The translations under genes and the position numbers were made by a program. The notes beneath the pieces are model-generated. The model ran no database searches. It was not told where the DNA came from and worked only from the letters and a program-made list of their open reading frames with translations. A stretch of 64,000 nt of DNA from Vitrella brassicaformis CCMP3155 (taxonomy: Eukaryota > Protista > Chromerida): assembly GCA_001179505.1 (NCBI GenBank), contig CDMY01000376.1:124001-188000 (forward strand), read 5' to 3'. Shown here piece by piece: positions 35,001 through 46,695 of this stretch (position 1 is the first letter of the stretch; the number at the start of each line of letters is the position of its first letter).

Positions 35001-37174
35001 GATGGGCCCCTCTCCCTACCTCTATGTGTGTGTGGTTATGGCTGGATCAGCTTGACGGCCTTCCCGCCCCTGTGTGCCGGTCCGGCTCCTTCAAGAGCGA
35101 CCACGTCATGATCTCCCGCCTCCCCAGCGGCACCCACGACACACTCACAGCCGACGGCCCCCCACCGGACTTCGTGCGTCAGGCCGACACCGTGCAGCCC
35201 TTCCCCCTGGCACTCTCGCCACGCGCGCTGGCCTCCCTCAACACCCCCCACTCTCTCCCGGCCTCGCCCATCTCGGCACCGGCGCGTCCGATGCCCCCGC
35301 TGCCACGGGAGTCGCCCCCACTCACCGCCAGCGACCCTGGTGATGCGGAGAGGGGCACCTTGGCGGGGGCAGCGGCAGCGGCGGAGGGGATAGAGATGCA
35401 GACAATGCTGCTGAGTGGAGGTGATGAGGGCGGGCAGGCGCGTGACCTCTCACCCATATCGCGGGGAGAGGGAGAGGGAGAGGGAGAGAGGGATCGTGTG
35501 ATGGACGCTCGTGCGGTCGAGATGGCCCCCGCAGCCCCAGTTTTAGCACAAGTACCACTACCGGCAGCAGCGGAACCATGCCCCACTGAGCCGCTGAAAT
35601 ACGTCGTGCCCGGGTAAGTGAGTGAGCAAAGGACACTGGAAGGAGAGAGGACACGTGCACGCTTGCGCGTGTGTGTGTGTGATCAGTGCGATATGGAAGC
35701 GTAGCATCCGTCGGGTGTTCGACATCCTCTTCAACTCGTTCGACAAACCCAACTCGTTCTACCACCGGTATGTATGTGTGTATGATGACATCCATCGTTC
35801 ACACGCGCACATCACATCCGCACAAGAAAGACACAACACCCCCTCCCCCTCCCTCCCTCCCTCCCTCTGTGTGTGCCCATGAGGGCAGTCTGCTGCACCG
35901 GACCAAGGCGTGGGACTACCGTCTGCCTGGGTGGGATCCCCCGCCCCCGCCCCCATTCGGCAAAGGCGACCCATTAGGCAAAAGACCCACCAGATGCGTC
36001 ACATACAAACGAGCCGGTAGGCACGCACCGCACACATCCGGGTCGGATCACACGCCACGCGTGTGTCCACCTCACCTGTATGTCGATCGGTGTGGTCAGT
36101 GCGTCGGACGGCGTTGACGGCGCTGCTCTCTCTGCCTGAGCAGTGCGTGTGCACGGAGACGTACAAGCTGTTTGTGTACTCGGCTCGCTGCTTCCTGGTC
36201 GACGTGCGGGTGCAGATCTCTGACATGCCGCTCGCCGACTGCTTCGAGATACACACACGGTACGGTGGGGGTGGGGCAGCCACACAGTCCACACATGAAT
36301 GTCATTGCCGCAGTCGTTCCATGGATCCGTGTGTGTGTGTGTGTGTGTCAGGTACAAGTTTGTGTCTGTGGGCGATGAGGGTGAGGGCATTGAGACGCAG
36401 CTCGACGCCGACTTCCAAGTCGACTTCGTCAAGAACACCATGCTTAAGGCAACTCGCACACCCACACATCCATCCACCCAGCACACAAAGACACGTGTCT
36501 GATCCTCCCCCCTCATCGATCGATCAGGGCAAGATCGAGTCGGAGGCCGTGACGGAGTTCCGCGACATCAACCTGCCGGTGTTCATCGAGGTGGCCACGG
36601 CCTGCCTGGCCCCGCCACCCACCACACGCCCGTCCCCCATCCTCCCACTCACGCCAACCAGACCGCCGCTGCCCTCCAGCGGTGCCCCGTCGGTGCTGCT
36701 GACGCAGAGGGAGCGGCCGCCACAGACGAGTGCTTTGGGGGTCATCATGGCGCCCGTTGGTACGTACGGGTGCATTGCAGACACACCCACGGGGCCAGAC
36801 ACCAGAATGGTGGCTGTTGTGTGCAGTGGGTCTGTTGAGGTGTGTTGCGGCTGTATGGGCCAAGGCGTGCACCCTCTGTGGGGTCGATCCATACCCCAGA
36901 ACGGAGGAACACGCTTTCAGAAGTAACCACTGACTGACCACCTCCAGACACACACTATGCATCCCATTCTTTCGTGTGTGTGCACACAGGGACGGTTTTG
37001 GTGTTCCTTGCGGCGATAGTGCTGCTGTTAGTGATCATATTTCTGGAGCTGCGTCGTTTGGTGTCGGTGCTGGAGGTGGTGGCGAGTGGTGGGGGTGTGC
37101 AGGCTGGTGGCAAAAGGCTGGAGGAGCAGCTGAGCATGCTGCTGTCGTCTGTGAAAAGAAGCGATGGTTTGTAA
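29082..37174 (+). CDS. F-BAR-like + SH3 + GRAM + VASt (StARkin) + C-terminal TM protein (LAM/GRAMD1-like sterol transfer protein)
   Basis: N-terminal helical, BAR-like exons. SH3: FTVRAVKPFASEDGEFRFKENDMVSV...WEGLTSDGVPGSFPAK. GRAM: SYACALNRKILLQGRMYITRDHIGFFS...IFPNSIEI...FFASFMTRDRAYDLL. VASt: SIRRVFDILF...QISDMPLADCFEIHTRY...QVDFVKNTMLKGKIESEA. TM: VLVFLAAIVLLLVIIFL. Exon phases from SH3 to GRAM join continuously. A gap lies in an intron. The 3' end may extend via a donor at 37171. Confidence 0.75.
31640..31939. other. Assembly gap (300 N) within an intron
   Basis: Run of N flanked by long G homopolymers on both sides. Confidence 0.99.
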
Positions 37175-37713
37175 GTACGTATGTGGCGATGGATGGCTGG
37201 GATGGCTGCGTGGACGCGATGCCTGGTGTCTACAGAAGGGAAGTGTGCAGGTTCGTCCATTCGTCCATTGGCCGTGCATGTACGTATGTTTGTGTGTCGC
37301 TGTCGCATACACACTACTTATTTGTAACCACACGTGTGTGACGTGCCTTTCTGAACACACACACAGCAACACACACACACACACACACATACACACATGA
37401 GAGCGTCGTCGCTCCCCATCCTCATTTATGTACCCAGGTGTAGCAGCTGCTCCAGGGCACCTCCAGGTCCTTCGCTGTCTCATCGTCATCTATGCGCGGT
37501 TGCCCGAGAGCAGATGGAGCAGATGGACGGACAAGGGACAAGACGGACGACGAAGACGTTAGTTTCGCTTCCGTCCGTCCTCGAAAGAGGGATATCTATG
37601 GTGCGCCATCCGTTCTCGTGCAGCCTGGCCGGCCGAGTGAGTGGGGAGGCGAGAACACCATTGCTCGCTGTATCAGTGCCTCTGATTGGCGAGACGGCTC
37701 GGGATATCTCTGC

Positions 37714-37746
37714 CTTCTTCTTCTTCTTCTTCTTCTTCTTCTTCTT
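37714..37746. repeat. (CTT)11 microsatellite
   Basis: Direct reading of the sequence. Confidence 0.9.
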
Positions 37747-38022
37747 TGGTATCCGTATGGCCGGCAGAGTGAGTGGGGAGGTGAGACCACCGCGGTATCG
37801 GTGCCTCCGATTAGCTCGTAGGGCGAGAAAGGGAGACGGCGCGAGAATTTACACTTTTTGCGAGACGGGCGGCTGAATGATCATTCTCTACCTCTGTTCT
37901 TCGCTTCGAGTCAGCACACAGCAGAAAGAGCTCTCCTCTCTCAGCTGTTTGCGTCAGTTGTGATTCGCGAAGTCTCTGTCACATCGATTCCGCCTCATCG
38001 TGTTGTCCCTGCCTGTGCGAAG

Positions 38023-40333
38023 ATGGCAGTGGCGGTGACGAGCATCGACTCGCTGTTCGACGAGGTGGCGGAGGAGATGGCGGAGGAGGGAATGGGAAAC
38101 CAGCAGTCAGGAGGTCTGCAGCCAGCGTCAGGCAAGCATTTCTTCCTCAGAGGGCGCACTCGGTGCACGTGCACTGAATTTCCGTTCTTCCTCCCCCCGA
38201 CCGCCTCGCCCGCGTTGCATCTGAAGAGGACCTCAGGGAGGTAATTGCGGCGCACCTGCAGGCTAACCTGCGACACCTGCAAGGCCAAGCAGGTGAGCTT
38301 AAGATGCCAGAATAGGCTCTTGAAATGCTCTTTGCCTCCCCTCCTCTGCTGTGTGGTGTACAACAGGCCGCGTGGCACCTCCGGCAGATGTCGGAGCAGC
38401 TCGAGGTTGAGGTCTCCTACGCCAAGCCGGCCAAGGAGCATAAGGTCAACAATGCCCTGCCTGCCATGGCGTCGGCAACCTCCCCACTACCCCCAAGTGC
38501 CCCCACCACGACCACGCAGAAGACGACCACCGGCCACACGGCCGGCAGCAAGACCAGCAGCGCATGCCAGCTGCTGCAGACCGCCTGGGTGGCCGTCAAG
38601 GGGGTGTGGGAAGGGGTGAGCAAGATGGTGGCCGGCTGCAGCTGCACCAACATGACCACCGCCTCGCCCGCGTTGCATCTGAAGAGGACCTCAGGGAGGT
38701 AATTGCGGCGCACCTGCAGGCTAACCTGCGACACCTGCAAGGCCAAGCAGGTGAGCTTAAGATGCCAGCATAGGCTCTTGAAATGCTCTTTGCCTCCCCT
38801 CCTCTGCTGTGTGGTGTACAACAGGCCGCGTGGCACCTCCGGCAGATGTCGGAGCAGCTCGAGGTTGAGGTCTCCTACGCCAAGCCGGCCAAGGAGCATA
38901 AGATCAACAATGCCCTGCCTGCCATGGCGTCGGCAACCTCCCCACTACCCCCAAGTGCCCCCACCACGACCACGCAGAAGACGACCACCGGCCACACGGC
39001 CGGCAGCAAGACCAGCAGCGCATGCCAGCTGCTGCAGGCCGCCTGGGTGGCCGTCAAGGGGGTGTGGGAAGGGGTGAGCAAGATGGTGGCCGGCTGCAGC
39101 TGCACCAACATGACCAACGTGGCATAGACAGCCGGCCGGGGAGGGTCGGGAGGGCGCAGTGAGAGGTGCTTCCCGTACCCCAAGGACGCCTTCACCGCCT
39201 TGTCAGCCAACACGGACACCTCACTGATACACCACACACACACCTGCCATGTATGTGTCTCTGTCTGCCTTGTCACCCAGTGTCAAGCAGGTTGCGTTTA
39301 AGCGTTCGTTGTCGTCGGAGGGCCGCCACGAGTCGCCCCAGCAGCACTACGAGCGGAGCGTCCCGGCGGTGGAGGGCCGCTTCGCAGCAGTCGTCCTCCG
39401 CTGCTGCTGCTGCTCCCGTCGGACAGGTGAGACACAAAGCCGAACAAAAGAGACAGACAGTACTGACGACCCATGTCCTTGTAGATTGGTTGCCGAGCAT
39501 TCGGGGTGGTCGCTGATGAGTATGATCACCTCTGCCATCAGCAGCTCGCTCCAGTGCTTGACTTGCCCCTTTGGGTGTTGCGAGCGGCCGGTTGTTGCTT
39601 TAAGGGCGTCCCGGCGGTGGAAGGCCGCTTTATCAGCGAGGCGGCCTCAGCCGCGAGCGCTTCGACTCGATGTAAGTGGGCGGCAGCCAGTGTGCGCGCG
39701 CTCACTTGTACACACACGACACACCCCCACACATCCATGTATGTCTTTCTTTGCGTGTGTGTCTCTCCTGTTTGTCGTGTAGGGTGTTGTTGGGGGCGTA
39801 TGCTCTCTGGGAGGCCGAGAAGACCGCAGGCCGCCCCGAGCAGTCATCGAGGCCGTCGAGAGGGAGGCACAAGCGCAGAGGTCACTCCCGGCACCTTCCG
39901 CACTGGTGGGCGGGGTGGATGGGCCGTAGACCAGTAGACAGATAGATAGCTGAATATATATAGCTGGTTGCAACGTTGGGTGGCTGTAGCTGGCTGCAGA
40001 AAGGGATAAATCGCAGCCAGTCGAGTGTGTGTGGTGGTGAGTGTGGTCGGTCAGATGAGCATCGCCGCCTGCATTTTATATACGTTGGTTGATGGACGAT
40101 TTCACATGCTCCTTCTGAATGACGGCTATGATCAACTGCACCGAGCGGGCCGTCATCGAGCGGCAAAGAACCCTCGACCGACCGCTGGACCGACGCCGCT
40201 GGTGACAAAAGAGATCGAAGACCACAAGGCCATCTGTCTGTGTAGGGTGTTGTTGGGGGCGTTCGCTCTCTGGGAGGGCGAGAAGACCGCAGGCCGCCCC
40301 GAGCAGTCATCAGAGCACTACTACTACGCCTGA
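38023..40333 (+). pseudogene. Unresolved, internally duplicated coding-like locus (gene or pseudogene)
   Basis: Starts MAVAVTSIDSLFDEVAEEMAEEG. GC3-rich exons (AAWHLRQMSEQLEVEVSYAKPAKEHK..., VLLGAYALWEAEKTAGRPEQSS) each occur twice. An in-frame TAA is present in both copies of the first repeat. No clean single gene model. Confidence 0.35.
38200..39115. repeat. 458-bp near-perfect tandem duplication (38200-38657 / 38658-39115)
   Basis: The copies differ by at least three substitutions (gccagaata/gccagcata, aaggtcaac/aagatcaac, cagaccgcc/caggccgcc). Confidence 0.92.
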
Positions 40334-40559
40334 CGGTGCACCTCCCGCACTGGTGGGCGAGGTGCATGGGCCGTAGGTCAGTAAGTAGACAGATAGGTAG
40401 CTGAATGCATACATAGCTGGTTGGCTGGTTGGCTGCAGAAAGGGATAAAACGCAGCCAGTCGAGTGAGGGTGCACGTGGTGGTGAGTGTGGTCGGTCAGA
40501 TGAGTATCGCCGCCTGCATTTTATCCGTTGGCTGATGGACGATTTCACATGCTCCTTCT
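39778..40559. repeat. Diverged direct duplication of ~330 bp (39778-40116 / 40241-40559)
   Basis: Both copies start tgtagggtgttgttgggggcg..ctctctggga and end gatttcacatgctccttct, with many substitutions and indels. Confidence 0.85.
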
Positions 40560-40739
40560 TGAACGACTGGAGCAGATGACGGCTGGAGCAGAGCCAGAGG
40601 TCATCGGCTCTGCGAGGCGAGGAGTGGAGAGCATTCAGCCGAGATAGAGCAGAAGGATGGGCAAGGGTATCGCTGCCTTTTTAGATCCGTCGGGATTGTC
40701 TTTGATATCGGACGAGACACCGGAGGACTGGATGGATGG

Positions 40740-43700
40740 ATGGTCCAGGACGACAGCTATTATTATTTGAGTTCGCTTTTTATTTCGCCCAAGGCAAAGG
40801 CATGGAGCCGGGGATTCGGAGGCGATATCATGAATGTTTCTAGCCCTCAAGGACAGTTTGGGTGTTTCTGCGAAGATGTGGTAAGATTGCAACCACGCCG
40901 TGTGACGCGTGTGATAGTGGTTGTGGTTGATCTCATCAGGGATGCGCTTTCATGCGCGACCTCGAGCAGCAGGGGGTGAGCAGGCGAATGCAATAACACA
41001 GAAACGGGATTTGGTTTGCTTGTCGTTTTTGCGTGTGCAGATGTCGGGCGTCGCCGCTCACTTTCGTCTTCTTCACACTGCTCACAGGGAGTTTCAGTCC
41101 CAGTTGCAGTCACTCAAGCACGAGAATGCCGTACTTAAGCAGGAAGTGGTGCATCTTAAGAAGGTCAGACAGACAACCGCCCAGACACGAACACACGGGC
41201 CTGGTGAGCAAGCGGCTCAGTTGCTCGTTGTCCTGTGTACTGGGTCATGCTGTGCCACCAGAGTTTGACTAGCGCATCATCTAGCGCTCGCGGCTCTCTG
41301 GCCGATCGCAATCCCCTTCCCCCTCCCCTCCCTCCACCGCACCCCACCCCTCCCCCACACCCATCGTCGCCATCGCGCCTGTTCGCAGGCCGATCTCAGG
41401 GCAAGAGGAGCATCGCTGACGAGGAGGCCGCCAAGGCGCTCCCCGCAGCAGCCGACGATGAAGTGCAGGAGATCACCCCACCCTCGCCCAAGCGGCCGCG
41501 GACGGATGGCGGTGGGGGGCAGGGATACCTGGGCGCTGAGCAGATCGACGACGATGACGATGACGAGATGACGATGCGGCCGGCCATCGACGATGAGATC
41601 ACCATGCGACCGCAGGCAGCCGTCGAACCGCAGCTGCAACCTGCTGACAAGGAGGAGCGGGAGGGACAGCGAGAGGCACCGGGGGAGGGAGAGGGAGAGG
41701 GGGAGGGTGGCGTCAATCACGAGGCGCCGGCATGTGTGGCCATGGACGTGGACCAGCAGCCATCCACGCCTGTCCGCGAGCCGCCCAAGACAGACGATGA
41801 CCGTGACGACGGCTCAGGGTCTCAGACGCAGCAGCCAGCACAGCCCGTCCCCCCACCGGCCCCCAACACCCAAGCCCGCGAGCAGCGCCAGCAGCAGCCG
41901 GCAAAAGGGGGAGGGGACAAGGAGGCCAGCGGTGGCTCCTCACTGGAGGAGCTGCGTGTGTGGGCGAAGGCCGAGGCGGGGAGGGCCAGGAAGCTCATCA
42001 ACGATGGCAGGCATGACGAGGGGCTGGCCGCGGTTGACGCTATGCTATCGAAAGTCGGCTACCAGCAGGACGGCAGTACGCAGACACACACACACACACA
42101 CGCATCTGCAACTGGGCTGCAGGAGGCCATCCACTCTCGTCTCTGTCTTTGTGTGTGTGTTGGGCGCATTGTTTTCAGCTCTCAATGGCATTCTTGGGAT
42201 GGCCAACAGCAACAAGGCTGCTGTTCTCACACTGAAAGGCCAATTTGAGGCCGCCCTACAGGTATGCAATCAGCATTTCAGATGGACGAGAGGGCCATCC
42301 CCTCATTATGTGTGCGGTTGGCTGATACGGTCCCCGTAGGCGGCGAACCTGAGTGTTGCTCTGTGTCCCGGCTGGCCGAAGGGCAGGCTGATCCGTGGCA
42401 ACGTCTACCGCAAGCAGGGCAACCTCGAAGCCGCCACAGCGGAGTATCACGCCATCATCGCAATGGTCACACACAGCACGACACAACACAAAGATACTCA
42501 CACCGACCGAGACGCATCGACAGCAGCTCTCGTTTCTTTTGCTCTCCTTCTTTGCTGTGCACTCAGGAGGAGAATTTCAGCGGGTCGGCTGAAGATGCTC
42601 GCAAGGCCAAGGAAGACGCCCGGCAGAATCTGTCCAGAATCGCGGCCGCAAAACCACCACCCCGACCCCCTCATCCCGGCAAGACTGAGAGACCCCTTTA
42701 TAATATCTAGGCCACTCATGAGTGCGTCATTATTACTGTGTGTGCCATGCTGTGTGTAGGGAAGAAGAGCGCACCGGCGCACACACCAACACCAGCAGGC
42801 TCGGCAGCCCAGGGGCAGCGCAAAGGCAACGGCGTGCGGACCAAGAGCGAGCCCAAGGCAGCAGCAGCAGCAGCAGCGGTAGCAGCATCGGCTGCGGTCA
42901 AGAGGGAGAGTGAGGCGGAGGGGGGGAAGGTTGAGAGAGGGGGAAGGGACCAGGGGCTGCTTGTGTGGAGCGGGAAGGTGTGTCGTGAGCAGTGTCCATA
43001 CTCGGCGATTCGAGCCGTCAGCTCCGTCGTCGAACGGACTGTCAGGTACAAAAAAAGACGCCGGCCGCAGAGAGAAGGAGGCCTGCCCGGTGACCGCTTG
43101 TTTGCTTATCCCATCCCATTCATGGTCAGAGTGATGCGTCTGCAGCGTGGCAGCCCCATGTACAACACCGTCAAGGCCATCGTGGACGACCGCCGCCTCA
43201 CTGAGATGCGCATCACGCGCTACCCGGCGGACACGAGCAGCGGCACCCCCACCCTGCTTCTGGTGCGAGGGCAGGTGTGTGTGGGCCGGGGCGGCAATGG
43301 CGAGAAGTTGGAGGTGGAGATCAGACTGCCTGAGGTGGGGGAGGGGGAAGACTCGCAGAGTGAGGGCACCGAGGAGGCGGCCGCCAAGTTCGTCAAGACC
43401 AAATGCACATGCCCTCTCGGTGAGTGAGAGGGTGCAAGAAACAAACAAGCAACACGGCGATGCGATAATCGATCTGTCGTGTGTGTGCCCGTCTCGTCTC
43501 GTCTTGTGTATGCCATGCCATGTCTGACAGGTCGTTCTCCTGGGATGGGTATGTGTCAGCACGTCTCTGCGCTGGTGCTGTGGCTGCGGGAGTGCCTGCG
43601 GGCGCCATTCGCCAACGGCAGCCACGCCAACGGACGACAGATCACACTCAACCCCGCTGACGAAAGACGGGCGATCGAAGAGGTAGGTGGCCTGGCTGAG

Positions 43701-44468
43701 CCAGGCCACCTACATGGATTACAGTACACACACCGACGACGTGTTTGGATGTGTCTGGGTGTGGTGTGGTGTGGTGTCTGTCAGGCCAAGGGTCGTCTCT
43801 CTCGCCGCACTGTGGAAGAACTCAAGACGTTGCTCAGGTGAGATGCGATGCCGACATGACATCCACGCAGCAGACCAGACCGACGTTTGGGCCCACGTGT
43901 AGTGTAGTGTGCTGCACTGACCTGACCTCATCTGGTTTGTCTGGGTGCGTCTTGTCGTCCCATCCATCCACAGGTTGAATAACCAGTCCGTGACTGGCGA
44001 CAAGGCTCAGTTGGTCGCCCGAGCGGCCGACAGGGAGGTGCGAGGGTACGGACGGACGGACCGACGCACCGACGAACCGACACAACACAAACACAACCAC
44101 AACCGCACCGAACGAACACCTTGCAGACTCGTCCATTGGCCTTTTCTTGTCGGTCAGTGCCATCCCGAAGTGTCCCAAGTGTAAGGCCTACTACCTGCGC
44201 TACCGAGAACCCGACAGAGGTCCAAATCGACACACTCACAGTGTCACGGAGAGTCCGCCCCACGTATCCTATCCCCCTTTGTGATTGCAGGTTCGGGCAC
44301 TCAGGGGGTCTACTACTGCCCCGGCCGGCCTCAGTACGATGAAGATTTCTGCGGCTATGAGTCGAGTGACGTGCAGAGGATCCCGTGGAGACTCTCGTGA
44401 CGGCCGACCGACCGACCGACAGAGAGACAGACAGACAGACAGACATCGACGGAGAGACAGATGGATGA
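40740..44468 (+). CDS. TPR + SWIM zinc finger + PADR1 (SAP-like helical plus zinc ribbon) protein
   Basis: TPR-like segments: NSNKAAVLTLKGQFEAALQ and WPKGRLIRGNVYRKQGNLEAATAEY. SWIM CxCxnCxH: KCTCPLGRSPGMGMCQHVSALV. PADR1-like: LSRRTVEELKTLLRLNNQSVTGDKAQLVARAADREVRGAIPKCPKCKAYYLRY...VYYCPG...DFCGYESSDVQRIPWET. Start and stop are approximate. Confidence 0.72.
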
Positions 44469-45203
44469 GTCACAGTTCTGCCCATGCCGTGCCGTATGCC
44501 AGCCCGCACTTCCTTCCTGGGTTGGGTGTTGTGTTGGGTGAGCGACATGACATTCTGTGTGCACCACCAATGGAATGCATGTACAGTAAGTACATACCAA
44601 TGCTCATGCTTCATTATGCTGCGTGGCGTGGATGAGTGAGTGGATGCTATGCTCATCCATGGTGCAGCGCTGGCGTTATTTGTATCCAACAGACAGACAG
44701 ACAGACAGACGGTTCAGTTCAACGCCATCCGTCCATTCCATGCATGGCATGAATGGAATGTGTCCGTCCATTCGTGTCGGCACCTCTGGCTGGGACGGAG
44801 GGCATGAGCAGCCCCCTTGCCACCCACAGCCGTCACTCGCAGACACAGACACATCCACCCACCACATCAATCCAATGACACACATGATCATATGATGTCA
44901 CTGACACAAAACCCACAGACAGACAGACAGGCTATACATACAGTCAGGACGAAGAACACATTGGCAACATTCGACAGACAGAGTGCAATAGCTTGGACCC
45001 GACCCCCCACGGAATACCCCACCCCTGGTTGTGATGTCACAGTCTACAGCAGTGCGAAATACGGCAGGGGGCAGTCACCACGGAGAAAATACGAGCTCAG
45101 AGCAAAGAACGAATCCATGTCATGTGTGGCGGCACGGCATGCATAGGGCGATAGATGCGATGACAGCGACGATCCGTCGCTGCCCACCGCATCACGGCCT
45201 TTA

Positions 45204-45959
45204 TCATCCACCGATCAAGTTGTAACGCTCACGCAGCTCATCGATCGTGGCAGCGACCAGCAACAAGTACGGGTCGTCGGGCGGCAGTAGCCTCTTCAGC
45301 CCCTTGAGAGTCTCCCAGCCTTCATGCAGCGCCTCAGTTACTTTGCCCGCGCCCTGCAGCACCAACATGCGAAGCACCTCTCTGCATCAGTCACACACAC
45401 ACACACACACACACAGCGGCAGATGACTGACTGACTGACTGACTCATCCTCAAGGCGATGTCTTATCTGCCCACGGCTCCCACATACGTTCTCAGTCGGG
45501 TGTTCTCGTCCTGTCCTGCCGAATCGATGACTCCCTTCAGCCCCTCGGCTGCCTCCAACCACCGCCGCCTTGCCAGATTGTCTCCCACATCTGCCATTGG
45601 GCCGTCGCCCAGCCCGCCCCTTTGCTGATAGAAAAACGCCTGGGCATCGTCGAGCCTATTTGCCGCACTCAGCGCCAGCAGATGGTGCAAGATCTTCAGG
45701 GAGTGTTGCGTGATAGTGGGGCTCTCGACGACAACTGCTGTGCGATGGGCATGCACCCTGGAAGAGGCGGAAAGCGGCCGGGCTGCCAGAAACAGAGAGG
45801 AAGGAGAGGTATGCAATTGCTCTGTCTGTTGTGTATGTGTCACTTACCGAAGGGTGGTTTGGCGTGACGATGAACGGCATCGAATGCGGCAGCAACTGAA
45901 GAATCCCACAGCAAGATGAGGCAGATTCGAAAGACAGCCAATGCTCCAGCTAAGCTCAT
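45204..45959 (-). CDS. Small helical (TPR-like) protein with a probable bipartite plastid-targeting presequence
   Basis: Three exons give MSLAGALAVFRICLILLWDSSVAAA-FDAVHRHAKPPFARPLSASSRVHAHRTAVV...LARRRWLEAAEGLKGVID...TEVLRMLVLQGAGKVTEALHEGWETLKGLKRLLPPDDPYLLLVAATIDELRERYNLIGG*. Confidence 0.6.
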
Positions 45960-46695
45960 CGGGTAAGAGGCTACACATCAAAAAAGCTCAAAAAAAATGC
46001 GCGCTCTGAACGAATGGAGGATCTCCAGCTCGCAGATCTAACTTCCTCTTGCTTTCCTGCGGGGCTTGACATCGTGGTCGACTCCTATGGCCGTCTCGTG
46101 AATGAATCGGCAGTTTGGCCCTGAGTGACCGACGACTGCCTGACCAGCACCAGCATATCGCAGCAGCGGAGGCGGGATCTGGGCTGCCAGCACTCATTCG
46201 GAGAGCAGTGCACACCGGCAGCAAGGCAGCAAGACAATAGGGCACCCAGGCAGCAGAGAATGAGGATGTGTGCCCCGCGGTGTGGTGGCTGTATTTTGCA
46301 TCGTCGCCGGGCGGGCTGTGTGTGACTGTCTTATCGCATTTTGCGGCTCAAGGGTTTTGGAGCGACTGCCGCTGGCCTGGCTGTTTGCTGTCCCTTGGCC
46401 ACCAACGGGCCTCCTCCCGTGCTTATCCTCTAACACCCCACCCCTCACCCCACCCCTCACTCACTCACTGCATGGCATGATTGATTATGTGTGCTCTGTG
46501 GCTGACTGGCTGACTGACTGACTGAGTGACTGAGTGAGTGAGTGACTGATCGGATCGGTCTCTCTGGTGGCTGGCTGGGTGGTTTTGCATAGCGTATAGG
46601 CTCGTGTGTGTATGTAAGTGTGTCTGTGCGTTGCCCGCCTAATTCGTGCTTGCTCTGAGAGGCCTTGCCTTCTTCCTGGGATGGGAGGAACAAAC

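Noticed and set aside
37397-37876. ORF with a poly-Phe run
   Set aside because: The Phe run is a (CTT)11 microsatellite. The ORF start could be a last exon of the GRAM-VASt gene, but it is not supported as a separate gene.
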